Part shown: positions 45,524-55,555 of the stretch, in pieces
How the letters are laid out: each line of letters starts with the position of its first letter
Numbering within the stretch: position 1 is the first letter of the stretch
Origin: an uncultured Acidobacteriota bacterium
Lineage (GTDB): Bacteria; Acidobacteriota; Vicinamibacteria; Vicinamibacterales; 2-12-FULL-66-21
NCBI GenBank assembly: GCA_963773005.1
Contig: CAVYZR010000004.1
Span: forward strand, 20,398 to 84,397
Reading direction: 5' to 3'
DNA: 64,000 nucleotides
Program-made: the position numbers and the translations under genes
Notes under the pieces: model-generated
The model's database searches: none
What the model saw: the letters and a program-made list of their open reading frames with translations, nothing else
Told to the model about the DNA's origin: nothing

Positions 45524-47215
45524 TTACCGGACCGGGCCGATGCCCTTGCCCTCGGTGCACTCGTAGGAACGGCCAGCCTGAACGCCCTTGAACTCCTCCG
45601 TCCGACCGCTCGGCCAGTCGATCACCACCCGATCGACGGCGTCGCGCCTTCCAACCCCGAACGTCACCGGAAGCTCCGACTGGGAGAGGTAGCTCGACCC
45701 GGTCTTGACCATCCGCGACTGCGACGTGCCGCCGAGGAACAGCCGCACCCGAGCGCCAATGCCGTCACGATTCGATTTGGTCCCGACGAGCGTGAACCTG
45801 ACGCTGCGGTTGCCCGACGCCTGATCGTTGCGGAAGAGGACGGCAGGACCATTGTTGGTCGTCATCAGCAGATCGAGGTCACCGTCGCGGTCGAAATCGC
45901 CGTACGCGAGCCCCCTGCCGACACGCGGGCGCGCGAACTCGTCGCCAGCAGCGGCAGCGACGTCCTGGAATTTGCCGGTGCCGAGGTTCTGGAACAGGAG
46001 CGGCGGCTGCGCATGGCCGGCGCCCGTCCGCATCGTCCGCACCGCCTCGTCGATATGACCGTTGGCGATGACGAGATCGACCGCCCCGTCGAGGTCGAGG
46101 TCCACGAACAGGCAGCCGAAGCCGAGCCGGTTTCGTGACGCCAGGCCGACCCCCGCGGCTTTCGCCACGTCCTCGTACAACCCTGGACCGAGCGAACGAT
46201 AGAGTCCGACCATCTCGTTGTCGAAGTTGGTGACGGCAACGCCCATCCGGCCGGAATTGTCGAAGTCGGCCGCGTCGATCCCCATGCCGGCGCGGGCCCG
46301 TCCGTCGGCGCTGAACGCGACGCCCGCCTGGACGCCAACTTCCTTGAACGTACCGTTGCGGAGGTTGCGGTACAGCTTGTTCGGTTGCGTATCGTTGGCG
46401 ATCATCAGATCCGGCCAGCCATCCTGATCGTCGTCGAGCATCGCGACTCCGAGCGACTTCGAGCTCGAGTCGAAGATGCCGCTTGTGGCGGTGACGTCCT
46501 CGAACGTGCCGTTCCCACGGTTGCGGAACAGCCAGCACGTATCGCCGCGGTACGCTTCAGGCGTGCAGTACGACTTCTGCTTGCCGTCGGCGCTGCAGAA
46601 GACATCGTGCTCGGCCGACCACCTGACGTAGTTGCACACGAACAGATCGAGCAGACCATCGCGGTCGAAGTCGAACCAGAGCGCGGACGTGCTGAAGGCC
46701 GACCGGCCGCCGAGGCCGCTCGTCTTGGTGACGTCCACAAACGTTCCCTTGCCGGTGTTGCGGAACAGCCGGTTCTGTCCGACACAGGTCACGAGCAGAT
46801 CGGGGAAGCCGTCGTTGTTCCAGTCGCCGACGGCGACGCCCATCCCGTAGAGCTCGATGTCGAGGCCGGCGGCCCGCGTCACGTCGGCAAACGTGCCGTT
46901 GCGGTTGTTGCGATAGAGGCGCAAGGTCGAGCGCTCCCGTTTGTGCCCTGGCCAGTCCATGCCGTTGACGAGCAGCACATCCTGCCAGCCGTCAGAGTCG
47001 TAATCGAGGAACGCGCAACCGGCGCCCATCGTTTCGGGCAGGAGCTTGCCGCCGAAGGCGCCGCTGTTGTGGCGAAACTGCAGGCCCGCGGCTGCCGTGA
47101 CATCTGCCAGACGTATCGCCGGCGCTCGCTGCTGTTGAGCCGCCAGCACCTCGGGCACTACGAGCGCCGTCGCCGCGCCCGAACCCATGCGACGGATGAA
47201 ATCGCGACGGTTCAT
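45524..47215 (-). CDS. CRTAC1-family protein (FG-GAP/VCBS plus ASPIC/UnbV) with twin-arginine signal
   Basis: Tat-like signal MNRRDFIRRMGSGAATALVVPEVLAAQ. FG-GAP units (LDYDSDGWQDVLL, GDWNNDGFPDLLV...). ASPIC C-terminus VRFTLVGTKSNRDGIGARVRL...TFGVG...VVIDWPSG. The start overlaps the regulator's stop (ATGA). Confidence 0.9.
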   Translation of the reverse strand: MNRRDFIRRMGSGAATALVVPEVLAAQQQRAPAIRLADVTAAAGLQFRHNSGAFGGKLLPETMGAGCAFLDYDSDGWQDVLLVNGMDWPGHKRERSTLRLYRNNRNGTFADVTRAAGLDIELYGMGVAVGDWNNDGFPDLLVTCVGQNRLFRNTGKGTFVDVTKTSGLGGRSAFSTSALWFDFDRDGLLDLFVCNYVRWSAEHDVFCSADGKQKSYCTPEAYRGDTCWLFRNRGNGTFEDVTATSGIFDSSSKSLGVAMLDDDQDGWPDLMIANDTQPNKLYRNLRNGTFKEVGVQAGVAFSADGRARAGMGIDAADFDNSGRMGVAVTNFDNEMVGLYRSLGPGLYEDVAKAAGVGLASRNRLGFGCLFVDLDLDGAVDLVIANGHIDEAVRTMRTGAGHAQPPLLFQNLGTGKFQDVAAAAGDEFARPRVGRGLAYGDFDRDGDLDLLMTTNNGPAVLFRNDQASGNRSVRFTLVGTKSNRDGIGARVRLFLGGTSQSRMVKTGSSYLSQSELPVTFGVGRRDAVDRVVIDWPSGRTEEFKGVQAGRSYECTEGKGIGPVR

Positions 47216-47838
47216 AGTGGGCCGACGAGCCCATGCCGAAGCGCGTACACCACCAACTCGGCGGTCTTGTGCACGCCCAACCGTCCCATGATGTTCGCGC
47301 GATGGACGCTCACGGTGTTGACGCTCAGATTGAGCCGCGCGGCAATGGCGCGATTCGAGTGTCCCTGGCAGATGAGTTGAAGGACTTCAAGCTCTCTCGC
47401 GCTGAGGCCATGATTGCGCTCGCCTTTGAGCGCCGTCGCCGGCGTCACCGTCGGGTCGAGGACGGTCTCGCCTGCCGCAACTTTCTTCACTGCCGAGGCA
47501 AGATCGAGGTCCAGAGCGTTCTTGAGGATGTAGCCACGCGCGCCCGCCGCGAGCGCCTGCGAGACGAGCGTCTGCTCGGCGTGCATGCTGAGCATCAGGA
47601 TCGCCACGTCGTCGCGCGCTTCGAGGATTCGCCTCGTCGCCACGAGGCCGCTCGTGCCAGGCATGGCGCAGTCCATCACGACGACACGCGGACTGAGGCT
47701 GAGCGCCATCCGAATGGCCTCTTCCCCGTCGCTGGCTTCCCCGACGACCGCCAGCTCCGGGTCGTCTTCGAGAATCCGGCGAAAGCCGCGGCGCACCAGA
47801 TGGTGATCGTCAGCCAGCAGCACGGTGATCTTATCCAT
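47212..47838 (-). CDS. NarL/FixJ-family response regulator
   Basis: Receiver motifs LLADDHHLVRRG and VVMDCAMPGTSG. LuxR HTH segment LSARELEVLQLICQGHSNRAIAARLNLSVNTVSVHRANIMGRL. Confidence 0.95.
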   Translation of the reverse strand: MDKITVLLADDHHLVRRGFRRILEDDPELAVVGEASDGEEAIRMALSLSPRVVVMDCAMPGTSGLVATRRILEARDDVAILMLSMHAEQTLVSQALAAGARGYILKNALDLDLASAVKKVAAGETVLDPTVTPATALKGERNHGLSARELEVLQLICQGHSNRAIAARLNLSVNTVSVHRANIMGRLGVHKTAELVVYALRHGLVGPL

Positions 47839-49282
47839 CGTTCGTCCTCAAACTAGGATTGGCGTCGAGCGCTTCCGGCTCCTCGAGAGGAACACGCAGC
47901 CGAACCAGCGTGCCGCCTTCGCTGGGGCGCGCGAACTCGATCGTACCGCCGACGAGCTCGGCCCGCTCGCGCATGGCAATCAGCCCGAGTCCACGGCGGG
48001 ATGTACGTGCGCCCAGACCTGAACCATGATCCTCCACCTCGAGCTCGAGCGCGCCCGGAAGGTAGCGCAGGCGAACCCAGGCCCGGTCGGCCCCGGAGTG
48101 CCTGGCCACGTTGCTGAGCGCTTCCTGCAGGACGCGGTAGACGTGAATGCCGATCGTCGTATCCACCGGCACAACGGCGCCGGTCCGATCGTACGAGACC
48201 GCAATCCCCAGCTGCTTCTCGACGGTCCCGAGATACCAGTCGAACGTGCTTTCGAGGCCGAGCTCGTCGAGGATCGATGGGTGCAGTGTCTGTGACAAGC
48301 TTCGCACGCTGTTGAGCGTGCCTTGCGCCATTTCGCCGATCTCTCGCAGGTCGCCGCGGAGCGCCGAGCCGTCGGGCGTCTGCCTCTGGGCCCGGCCGAG
48401 CATTGAGCCGATCGCCGTCAGAATCTGGCCGACTTCGTCGTGCAGCTCGCGCGACAAGTGCCGCAACGTCGATTCGCGCGTGGCGATGAGCTGCTGGGCG
48501 AGCTCGCGACGGCCGTCGGAGAGCGACGCCATCTCGGCGAACAGCCGCCGGTTGGCGCGAATCACATACAAGCTCGTCGCGGCAATTGCCACCAGCGTGG
48601 CGGTGAGGAACCAATAGACCTGGCGCTGAACCTGATCGTAGATCGCCTCGACGCGCTGCGCCGTCTGCTCTTCGGCCTCGTTGTTCTCGATAAGGAGGCG
48701 CGCCACTGATGTGCTCAGCGCGGCCTGCCATGCTTGCAGCGACACCGAGACTTGCGCGCGCGCCGCATCCTCATGCCCATCGGCGGCCAGCGCGAACGTG
48801 CGATCGACCGCGCCCCAGAACTGCGCCAGCGAATCAGACAGCCGATCCCGATCGGCTGGCGCGCGGCTCGCCGTCGCGAGGTCCGCCTGCCGGGCCAGGG
48901 CGTCGTCGAGGTCTCCCCTGATGCGCTCGAACTGCTTGGACCAGGCCACCATCGGGTAGGCGCGGTCGTCATCCAGCATGTCGCGCATCGCCAGCCCCAG
49001 CTGGTTCAGATTGTTCTGAATGCGCAGAAGCTGCAGCGAATCCTTGCGATTCCGTTCGACCAGGCCACTCTGGAGCGCCCGCAAGCCGATAATCTGGCGC
49101 TCGATGTAGAGCGAGTATGCGACGACGGCCGCGAGCGTCAGGATGAGGCCAATCAAGAGGCCCGGCGTCGGAGAGCGACGGTGTTGAGAGCCTGGCGGCA
49201 CGAGGGAAGAGTATCTGAAAAACGAGATGCGAACCGCGAGGCGCGCGCCGCGGGATTTGACACGTTTGGCGAGGCAAGCCAA
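47831..49282 (-). CDS. Sensor histidine kinase, NarX/DesK type (HisKA_3 plus HATPase_c)
   Basis: Two TM segments around a helical sensor domain. H-box ELHDEVGQILTAI. ATPase boxes NVARHS, DHGSGL and GLGLIAMRER. It overlaps the regulator gene by 8 nt. Confidence 0.9.
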   Translation of the reverse strand: MACLAKRVKSRGARLAVRISFFRYSSLVPPGSQHRRSPTPGLLIGLILTLAAVVAYSLYIERQIIGLRALQSGLVERNRKDSLQLLRIQNNLNQLGLAMRDMLDDDRAYPMVAWSKQFERIRGDLDDALARQADLATASRAPADRDRLSDSLAQFWGAVDRTFALAADGHEDAARAQVSVSLQAWQAALSTSVARLLIENNEAEEQTAQRVEAIYDQVQRQVYWFLTATLVAIAATSLYVIRANRRLFAEMASLSDGRRELAQQLIATRESTLRHLSRELHDEVGQILTAIGSMLGRAQRQTPDGSALRGDLREIGEMAQGTLNSVRSLSQTLHPSILDELGLESTFDWYLGTVEKQLGIAVSYDRTGAVVPVDTTIGIHVYRVLQEALSNVARHSGADRAWVRLRYLPGALELEVEDHGSGLGARTSRRGLGLIAMRERAELVGGTIEFARPSEGGTLVRLRVPLEEPEALDANPSLRTNDG

Positions 49283-49318
49283 TCATGGCGTAGCTTCAAT
49301 GGAATTGATCAAGGAACC

Positions 49319-52300
49319 GTGAGCGCACGCCTGACTTTCCGCACGTCTGGGCTCGTCGCCTGCGCCGCAATCGCGCTCGTCGCGGCTGCGGCATCGCAGC
49401 CCACGCCGTCCCGCGCCGTCACCGCGCGCGAAGACGCCTACCGCTCTAACAACATCGGCGTGACGCGGCTGGAACAATACGACTTCGGGGCGGCGGTGGC
49501 GGCTTTTCGCCGAGCGCTCGAGATCGATCCGCGCCTGTCGATTGCGCGCCTGAACCTTGGCATCGCCCTGTTCTATGGCGGCGATCCTGAGTCGGCACGT
49601 CGCGAAATCGAAGCGACCCGCGCCGACCTTCCCGATCGCCCGCAGCCGGATTACCTGCTTGGCCTCATCGCCCGTGGCGCGGGGCGAACCGATGAAGCAC
49701 TCGAGGCGTTCGGGCGCGTGCAGCGCATGGATCCGCGCGATGCCGGTACCGCCATCAACCTGGGCCAGCTGTACCGGCAGGAGCGCCGGTTTCCTGAGGC
49801 CATCGAGGCGTTTCGGCGCGCGATGGATGCCGCGCCGTACAACGCAACGGCCGCCTATGGCCTGGCCAACACCCTGATCCTCGGCGGCCATGGAGACGAA
49901 GGCCGCGCGGCGATGGCCAGCTTCCAGAAACTCAGCGAGAGCAGTTACGCGATTACTTATTCCCAAACCTACCTCGAGCAGGGCCGCTACGCCGAGGCCA
50001 TCACCTCGACAGGAGCTGAGGCACCGCTCGTCGACACCCGAGTGCCTGATGTGTCGTTCACGGATGCCACGGCGAGTGTGCAATCCGCGGCTGCCTCCAG
50101 CGGACCTGCTGCGGGACGTGTCGCGACGTTTGATCTGGATGGCGACGGCGATCTCGATCTCGCGGACGGCAGCCGGACAGGCGTGCGCCTCTGGAGAAAC
50201 ACTGACGGCCGCTTTGCTGACGTGACTGCCGAGATGCTGGGCAGCACCGCGGCCGGCGAAGCGACCGGTGCGCTGGCTGGCGACTACGACAACGACGGAC
50301 ATGCTGACCTCCTGATCCTCCGTCCTGGCGGCGTCAGCCTCCTGCGGCGCAATCCGACTGGCGGCTTTGTCGACGTCACCGCCTCGGCCGAACTGGGCCC
50401 GACGGCCGGCGCGCCAACGTCGGCCGCCTGGCTCGACGCCGATCACGATGGCGACCTCGATCTCTTTGTCGCCAGCGGGTCCGGCGACGCCGCCAGCCCA
50501 TCCGGCACGCAACTGCTGCGCAATAACGGCAACGGCCGGTTTACCGACATCACGTCGACGTCTGGACTCGGTGTGGCGAGGCCGATGTCAGCAGTCGTCC
50601 CGACCGACTACGACAACCGGCGCGATATCGATCTCCTGCTGGTCCCGGCCACGGGCAATGCGCTGCTCTTCCGCAACTTCCGCGACGGCACGTTTCGCGA
50701 CGTCGCGAGCGACGTCGGGCTCACGTCAACCGACGCTGCGGCGATGGCTGCGATCGGCGACGTAAATAAGGATGGCTATCCGGACGTCTTCTTCCCGCGG
50801 CGAAACGCCGTCGGCCTGATGGCGTCAAGCGACGGCCTGGGGCGTTTCACGACAGCTCCCGCGCCGGCCGAAACCGCCGATGCCCGCGCCGCGCAGTTCA
50901 TCGACTACGACAGCGATGGCTTGATCGATCTGTTCCTCCTCACAGCGCGCGGACCTCGGCTGCTTCGGAACCTCGGCCGCGAATGGAGCGACGTCACCGC
51001 GAGGGCCATTCCGCCGGCCATGTCCACGTCGCTCGCCGATGCCACGTCGCTCGCAACCGGCGATCTGGATGGCGACGGCCGCGTCGACATCGTCGCGCGC
51101 GCGCCATCGGGCCTGGTGGTCTGGCGCAACCAGGGCAAGTCCAGTGTCCGGACGCTGACCGTACGACTGACGTCGCGCGTCAGCAACCGCTCGGCCGTCG
51201 GCGCGAAGATCGAGATGCGAGCCGGGAGCCTCAGGCAGCAGCACGAAACCTACGCCGCGACACCGGCCCCGGCGCCAGCCGACATCCGCTTCGGTCTCGG
51301 CGATCGCGACGGCGCCGACGTCGTGCGCGTGCTCTGGCCGTCGGGGATCCTCCAGGCAGAGACCGGCGGGGCCACGCCGGCCGATGCCTTGAAAGGCGTG
51401 CTGAAGCTCGAAGAGCTCGATCGGAAACCCTCGTCGTGTCCATACCTGTATACGTGGAATGGTGAGCGGTTCGAGTTCATCACCGATTTCCTTGGCGGCG
51501 GCGAGATGGGGTACTGGCTGGCGCCAGGCGCGCGCAACACACCCGACCCCGACGAGTACGTCCGCATCGCTCCAGACCGGCTTCGCGCCAGGAACGGGCG
51601 GTACGAGTTGAGGATTACCAACGAGCTTGAAGAATCGCTGTTCCTCGATCGCGTGCAGCTCGTCGCCGTCGACCATCCGCTCGGCATCGACGTGCACCCC
51701 AACGAAGGTCTCGTCCCTGAGCCGCAACCGTTCAAGCTGTATACGGCCCAGCAGCCGCAACCGCCTTCAGCCGCGACCGACCAGGCTGGTCGAGACGTGC
51801 TCGACCGGATCAGGAGCATCGATCGTCAGTATCCGGATGGATTCAGCCTCGAACGCGTTCGCGGCTACGCAGCCGAACACACGCTCACCTTGACGTTGCC
51901 GCCTCCCGGGCCTGCCGGACGACGGGTGCTGCTGATGACGGGATGGACCGACTATGCGTTCTCTGGCGACAACGTGGCGGCGCACCAGGCGGGCCTGCAA
52001 CTGCTCCCGCCGTCGCTCGAGGCCAAGGGACCTGATGGACGCTGGTCCGTCGCCATCGCCGATATCGGGATGCCGGTCGGACGGCCGCAGACGGTCGCCG
52101 TCGATCTGAGCGGTGCGATTCCTTCGAGCGCGCGCGAGGTCCGGATCAGGACCACGATGCGGATTTACTGGGACCAGGTCCTCGTCGATACGTCCGACGG
52201 GAAAGCGCCGTACACGATCTCACGGCTCGATCCGGTGGCTGCCGATCTCCGGTGGCGCGGCTTCTCGGCGGAAACCACGCCTGATGGCCGTGAGCCCTAC

Positions 52301-52714
52301 GGCTACGACTACGCGCGTGTCTCGCCGCGATCGCCGTGGAAACTATTGCCCGGCCGCTACACTCGCGAAGGCGACGTCGGCCCGTTGCTCCTGCGAAGCG
52401 ACGACATGTTTGTTGTCTCGCGTGCTGGTGATGAAATCGCCCTGAGCTTCGACGCGTCCGCGCTGCCGGCGTTGTCCGATGGGTGGACGCGCACGTTCCT
52501 TCTCTACGCCGACGGGTTCAGTAAGGAAATGAATCTGAGCTCCGCGAGCCCGGACGAGCTGCTGCCACTGCCGTTTCATGGCATGACGCAGTATCCGTAC
52601 GTCGCGCCTGAAACCTACCCGTCGACGCCGGCGCACCGTGACTACATCGAGCGCTACAACACGCGAATCGTGCCACGCAGTATCCCGTCATTGGATGAGA
52701 ACCTCGACCGCTAG
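49319..52714 (+). CDS. Giant TPR, FG-GAP/VCBS, ASPIC/UnbV protein with C-terminal extension (paralogue of 41239..44724)
   Basis: GTG 49319 (AAGGA lies 4 nt upstream) gives a signal-like VSARLTFRTSGLVACAAIALVAAAAS. It has TPR repeats, FG-GAP units (FDLDGDGDLDLA, GDYDNDGHADLL, LDADHDGDLDLF...) and an ASPIC box VSNRSAVGAKIEM...FGLGD...VRVLWPSG, then SCPYLYTWNGERFEFITDFLG.... The ORF-track start at 48734 is antisense to the kinase gene and is discounted. Confidence 0.85.
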   Translation: MSARLTFRTSGLVACAAIALVAAAASQPTPSRAVTAREDAYRSNNIGVTRLEQYDFGAAVAAFRRALEIDPRLSIARLNLGIALFYGGDPESARREIEATRADLPDRPQPDYLLGLIARGAGRTDEALEAFGRVQRMDPRDAGTAINLGQLYRQERRFPEAIEAFRRAMDAAPYNATAAYGLANTLILGGHGDEGRAAMASFQKLSESSYAITYSQTYLEQGRYAEAITSTGAEAPLVDTRVPDVSFTDATASVQSAAASSGPAAGRVATFDLDGDGDLDLADGSRTGVRLWRNTDGRFADVTAEMLGSTAAGEATGALAGDYDNDGHADLLILRPGGVSLLRRNPTGGFVDVTASAELGPTAGAPTSAAWLDADHDGDLDLFVASGSGDAASPSGTQLLRNNGNGRFTDITSTSGLGVARPMSAVVPTDYDNRRDIDLLLVPATGNALLFRNFRDGTFRDVASDVGLTSTDAAAMAAIGDVNKDGYPDVFFPRRNAVGLMASSDGLGRFTTAPAPAETADARAAQFIDYDSDGLIDLFLLTARGPRLLRNLGREWSDVTARAIPPAMSTSLADATSLATGDLDGDGRVDIVARAPSGLVVWRNQGKSSVRTLTVRLTSRVSNRSAVGAKIEMRAGSLRQQHETYAATPAPAPADIRFGLGDRDGADVVRVLWPSGILQAETGGATPADALKGVLKLEELDRKPSSCPYLYTWNGERFEFITDFLGGGEMGYWLAPGARNTPDPDEYVRIAPDRLRARNGRYELRITNELEESLFLDRVQLVAVDHPLGIDVHPNEGLVPEPQPFKLYTAQQPQPPSAATDQAGRDVLDRIRSIDRQYPDGFSLERVRGYAAEHTLTLTLPPPGPAGRRVLLMTGWTDYAFSGDNVAAHQAGLQLLPPSLEAKGPDGRWSVAIADIGMPVGRPQTVAVDLSGAIPSSAREVRIRTTMRIYWDQVLVDTSDGKAPYTISRLDPVAADLRWRGFSAETTPDGREPYGYDYARVSPRSPWKLLPGRYTREGDVGPLLLRSDDMFVVSRAGDEIALSFDASALPALSDGWTRTFLLYADGFSKEMNLSSASPDELLPLPFHGMTQYPYVAPETYPSTPAHRDYIERYNTRIVPRSIPSLDENLDR

Positions 52715-52715
52715 G

Positions 52716-52875
52716 CGGAGCGTGACCAACGCAGCCACGAAGCACGGCAACACGATGAACACGATGCCACGATGTTCACGATGGATTGCAAAGGAAATTC
52801 TTCGTGTTCATCAGGTCATCGTGCTCATCGTGAGCAATGGCCGTCGGCGCGTTCGGCTTTCCAGTTTTGTGAGAT
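52716..52875 (-). repeat. M-element copy 3 (inverted orientation)
   Basis: The reverse complement aligns with copies 1 and 2 (gaacgcgccgacggcc...cacgatgagcacgatgacctgatgaacacgaaga...ccatcgtgaacatcgtggcatcgtg). It starts 2 nt after the giant gene's stop. Confidence 0.8.
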
Positions 52876-52895
52876 AACTAGCCTCTAGAAACGCT

Positions 52896-53876
52896 ATGGA
52901 GCCCATCCGCTACGCTGCCGCCGCATGCCAGACGGATTTGCCGAACCCCAGGGATCGCAGCGAGATGCGCGCGAACACCGACCGCATGCTGGAGATGATC
53001 GACGCAGCGGTGGCCGGAAGCGCGCCGTTCCTGCCGGTTCGCCTGGTCGTGTTTCCGGAGTTCGCCCACGCCGCGCCCGTGTACGCTACGGTCGCCGAGT
53101 TGCTGGACCGGCTGGCCGTGCCGATTCCCAACGAGCACACCGATCGCCTCGCGCGTGCCGCGCGGCGGCACCAGATCTATATCCAGAGCGGATCGATGAT
53201 CGAAGTCGATGCGCGATGGCCACGGGTCGTCTTCAACACGACGTGCCTGATTGGACCCGAGGGCCTCCTGTATAAGTACCGGAAGGTGAACACGTGGATC
53301 CCTTACGAGGTCCACTCGAGCCCGCACGATCTCGAGGGCTACGACGAACCGCTGTTTCCGGTGGCCGACACGCCGATCGGCCGGATCGGCTGCGCGATCT
53401 GCTACGACTGGCTGTTCCCCGAGGCGATCCGCCAGTTGACGGCGAACGGCGCTGAGGTACTGGTCCGGGTCTCGGCCTACATGGACCCGTGGGGCGCCAC
53501 TGAGCCGATGAACTGGTGGACGATCGTCAACCGCTGCCGAGCGCTCGAGAACACCGCGTATGTCGTCGCGGCCAACCAGGGCGCGAGCCTGCGCCACTAT
53601 CCGCCGTACTCGTGGCCTGGCGGGAGCCAACTCGTCGACTTTGACGGAAGGATGCTCGCCGAGGCGTCACCAGGTCCAGGCGAACGGATTGTCGTGGCGG
53701 CTCTCGACATCACGTCGCTGCGTCACGAACGCGCGACGCGACGTGGCCACCACATGTTGGCTCATCTGCGGACCGAGGCCTACCCGGTCTACGCGGCGCA
53801 CCGCTATCCGCCGAGTATGCGTGCCGGCGCGCCGCGCGCGGATCTGTCTGTACGAACGGAACGTGGAGTTGATTGA
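52896..53876 (+). CDS. Carbon-nitrogen hydrolase (nitrilase superfamily; aliphatic amidase/formamidase-like)
   Basis: Glu-Lys-Cys triad contexts VVFPEF, YRKVNTW and GCAICYDWLFPE. Confidence 0.8.
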   Translation: MEPIRYAAAACQTDLPNPRDRSEMRANTDRMLEMIDAAVAGSAPFLPVRLVVFPEFAHAAPVYATVAELLDRLAVPIPNEHTDRLARAARRHQIYIQSGSMIEVDARWPRVVFNTTCLIGPEGLLYKYRKVNTWIPYEVHSSPHDLEGYDEPLFPVADTPIGRIGCAICYDWLFPEAIRQLTANGAEVLVRVSAYMDPWGATEPMNWWTIVNRCRALENTAYVVAANQGASLRHYPPYSWPGGSQLVDFDGRMLAEASPGPGERIVVAALDITSLRHERATRRGHHMLAHLRTEAYPVYAAHRYPPSMRAGAPRADLSVRTERGVD

Positions 53877-54010
53877 AGAGGCCAGAGCGCAGAACGAACG
53901 GTCGGCTCTCGGCGCTCCGCGTTTGGTCTGAGAAAAGGCTTCGAAACACGCTCGAAGGTCTTCCGAGCACCGACCGCCGAACGCCGGAATGCGGGTATCA
54001 TTGAAGCGTC

Positions 54011-55555
54011 GTGTTCTCACTACGAACCGGCGCGCTGCTCGTCGCGCTTGGGTCGATTGGCGCGCAGGCGCCGCCCACACCGGCCCCCTACACCGTGCTG
54101 TCCGCTGAAGGACGGCGTCCTCTCGCCACCAGGCTCATCAGTGGTCAGGAGATGTTCGCGCTCGATGACCTGACGAAACTCTTCGAGCTGACGGTGCGCG
54201 AAGACTCGTTGGCCGGCGGATTGACCGTCACCGCGCGCACGCAGTCGATCGTGCTGACGCCCGGCCAGAGCCTCGCGTCGGTCGGCGGGCGGTTGATTTC
54301 GCTGCCCGCGCCGCCGGCGCGCGACGGGCGCTCCTGGTTCGTCCCGGTTGACTTCGTCCCGCGCGCGCTGTCCGCCGCGATGGGCACCCCGCTCGAGTTG
54401 CGGAAACCGTCGCGGCTGATTCTCGTCGGCAACGTGCGTGTGCCGCGGATCGCCGGAAGCATCGAAGTGATCGGGCCGATCGCGCGGCTGACGCTCGACG
54501 TGGCGCCGCCGACGCCGCACTCAATCGCGCAGGAAGGCACCCGCCTCACCATCAAGTTCGAGGCCGAGGCGCTCGACGCCGCACTTCCCGCTCCGTCGGC
54601 GCCCGATCTGATGCAAAACATCCGGCCGGCAGACGCGGCGAGCCTCGTCATCGACCTCGGTCCGCGGTTTGGATCGTTCCGGTCGTCGGATCTTCCCGGC
54701 GATCGCGGCGCCGGCCGCATCGTCATCGACCTCATCGCGGTGACGACCGCCCCAGCTCCGACTGCCGCTCTACCGCCAACGGCCCCGGCGACGACTCCGC
54801 CGCCGGTCCTCGACCTCCCCCCTTCCGGCGGCATCCGGACGATCGTTGTCGACGCCGGCCACGGCGGCACCGAAGATGGCGCGCACGGGCCCGGCGGCAC
54901 GCTTGAAAAACACGTCACGCTCAGCGTGGCGCGGCGGCTGAAGTCCGCGCTCGAAGCCCGGCTGGGCGTGCGCGTGATCCTGACGCGCGACGCTGACGCG
55001 ACCGTCGATCTCGACGAGCGCGCGGCGGTCGCCAACAACAACAAGGCGGACCTCTTCGTCAGCCTCCACGCCAACGCGTCGGTTCGCGCATCCGCGACCG
55101 GAGCCGAGGTGTTCTATCTGAGCCTCGAGGAGTACGGCGATCAGGCACAACGCGTGGCCAAGGGTGAGACCGAAGCGCTGCCGGTATTTGGCGGAGGCAC
55201 GCGCGACATCGAGGTCATCCTCTGGGAAATGGCGCAGGCGCGTTACATCGAGGCGTCGGCCGCGCTCGCCAAGGAAGTCGAGAGCGCGCTGCGCGAGCGT
55301 GTCCCGATGAGTCCGCGCGCGATCCAGCAGGCGCCGTTTCGCGTGCTCGTCGGCGCGAACATGCCGGCGGTGCTGGTCGAAATGGGGTTCATCACCAACG
55401 CCGATCAGGAGCGGCTCCTCACCTCCGAACCGTTCCAGGGCTTGATCGTGCAGTCGCTCGTCGAGAGCATCACGCGCTTTCGTGATCGGACGGCCAGCCC
55501 GGCGAGTCCCGCGACGGCTGGGCCCGCCCGCCCTGGCGGCGGCATGCGTCCTTGA
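54011..55555 (+). CDS. N-acetylmuramoyl-L-alanine amidase (AMIN-type N-terminal domains plus Amidase_3)
   Basis: IVVDAGHGGTEDGAHG...KADLFVSLHANAS...VLVEMGFITN, with a signal peptide at the N-terminus. Confidence 0.9.
   Translation: MFSLRTGALLVALGSIGAQAPPTPAPYTVLSAEGRRPLATRLISGQEMFALDDLTKLFELTVREDSLAGGLTVTARTQSIVLTPGQSLASVGGRLISLPAPPARDGRSWFVPVDFVPRALSAAMGTPLELRKPSRLILVGNVRVPRIAGSIEVIGPIARLTLDVAPPTPHSIAQEGTRLTIKFEAEALDAALPAPSAPDLMQNIRPADAASLVIDLGPRFGSFRSSDLPGDRGAGRIVIDLIAVTTAPAPTAALPPTAPATTPPPVLDLPPSGGIRTIVVDAGHGGTEDGAHGPGGTLEKHVTLSVARRLKSALEARLGVRVILTRDADATVDLDERAAVANNNKADLFVSLHANASVRASATGAEVFYLSLEEYGDQAQRVAKGETEALPVFGGGTRDIEVILWEMAQARYIEASAALAKEVESALRERVPMSPRAIQQAPFRVLVGANMPAVLVEMGFITNADQERLLTSEPFQGLIVQSLVESITRFRDRTASPASPATAGPARPGGGMRP

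Noticed and set aside
48734-49318. A 195-codon N-terminal extension of the giant TPR/FG-GAP gene.
   Set aside because: It is antisense to the well-supported histidine kinase gene. A GTG with an RBS and a signal-like peptide at 49319 fits better.
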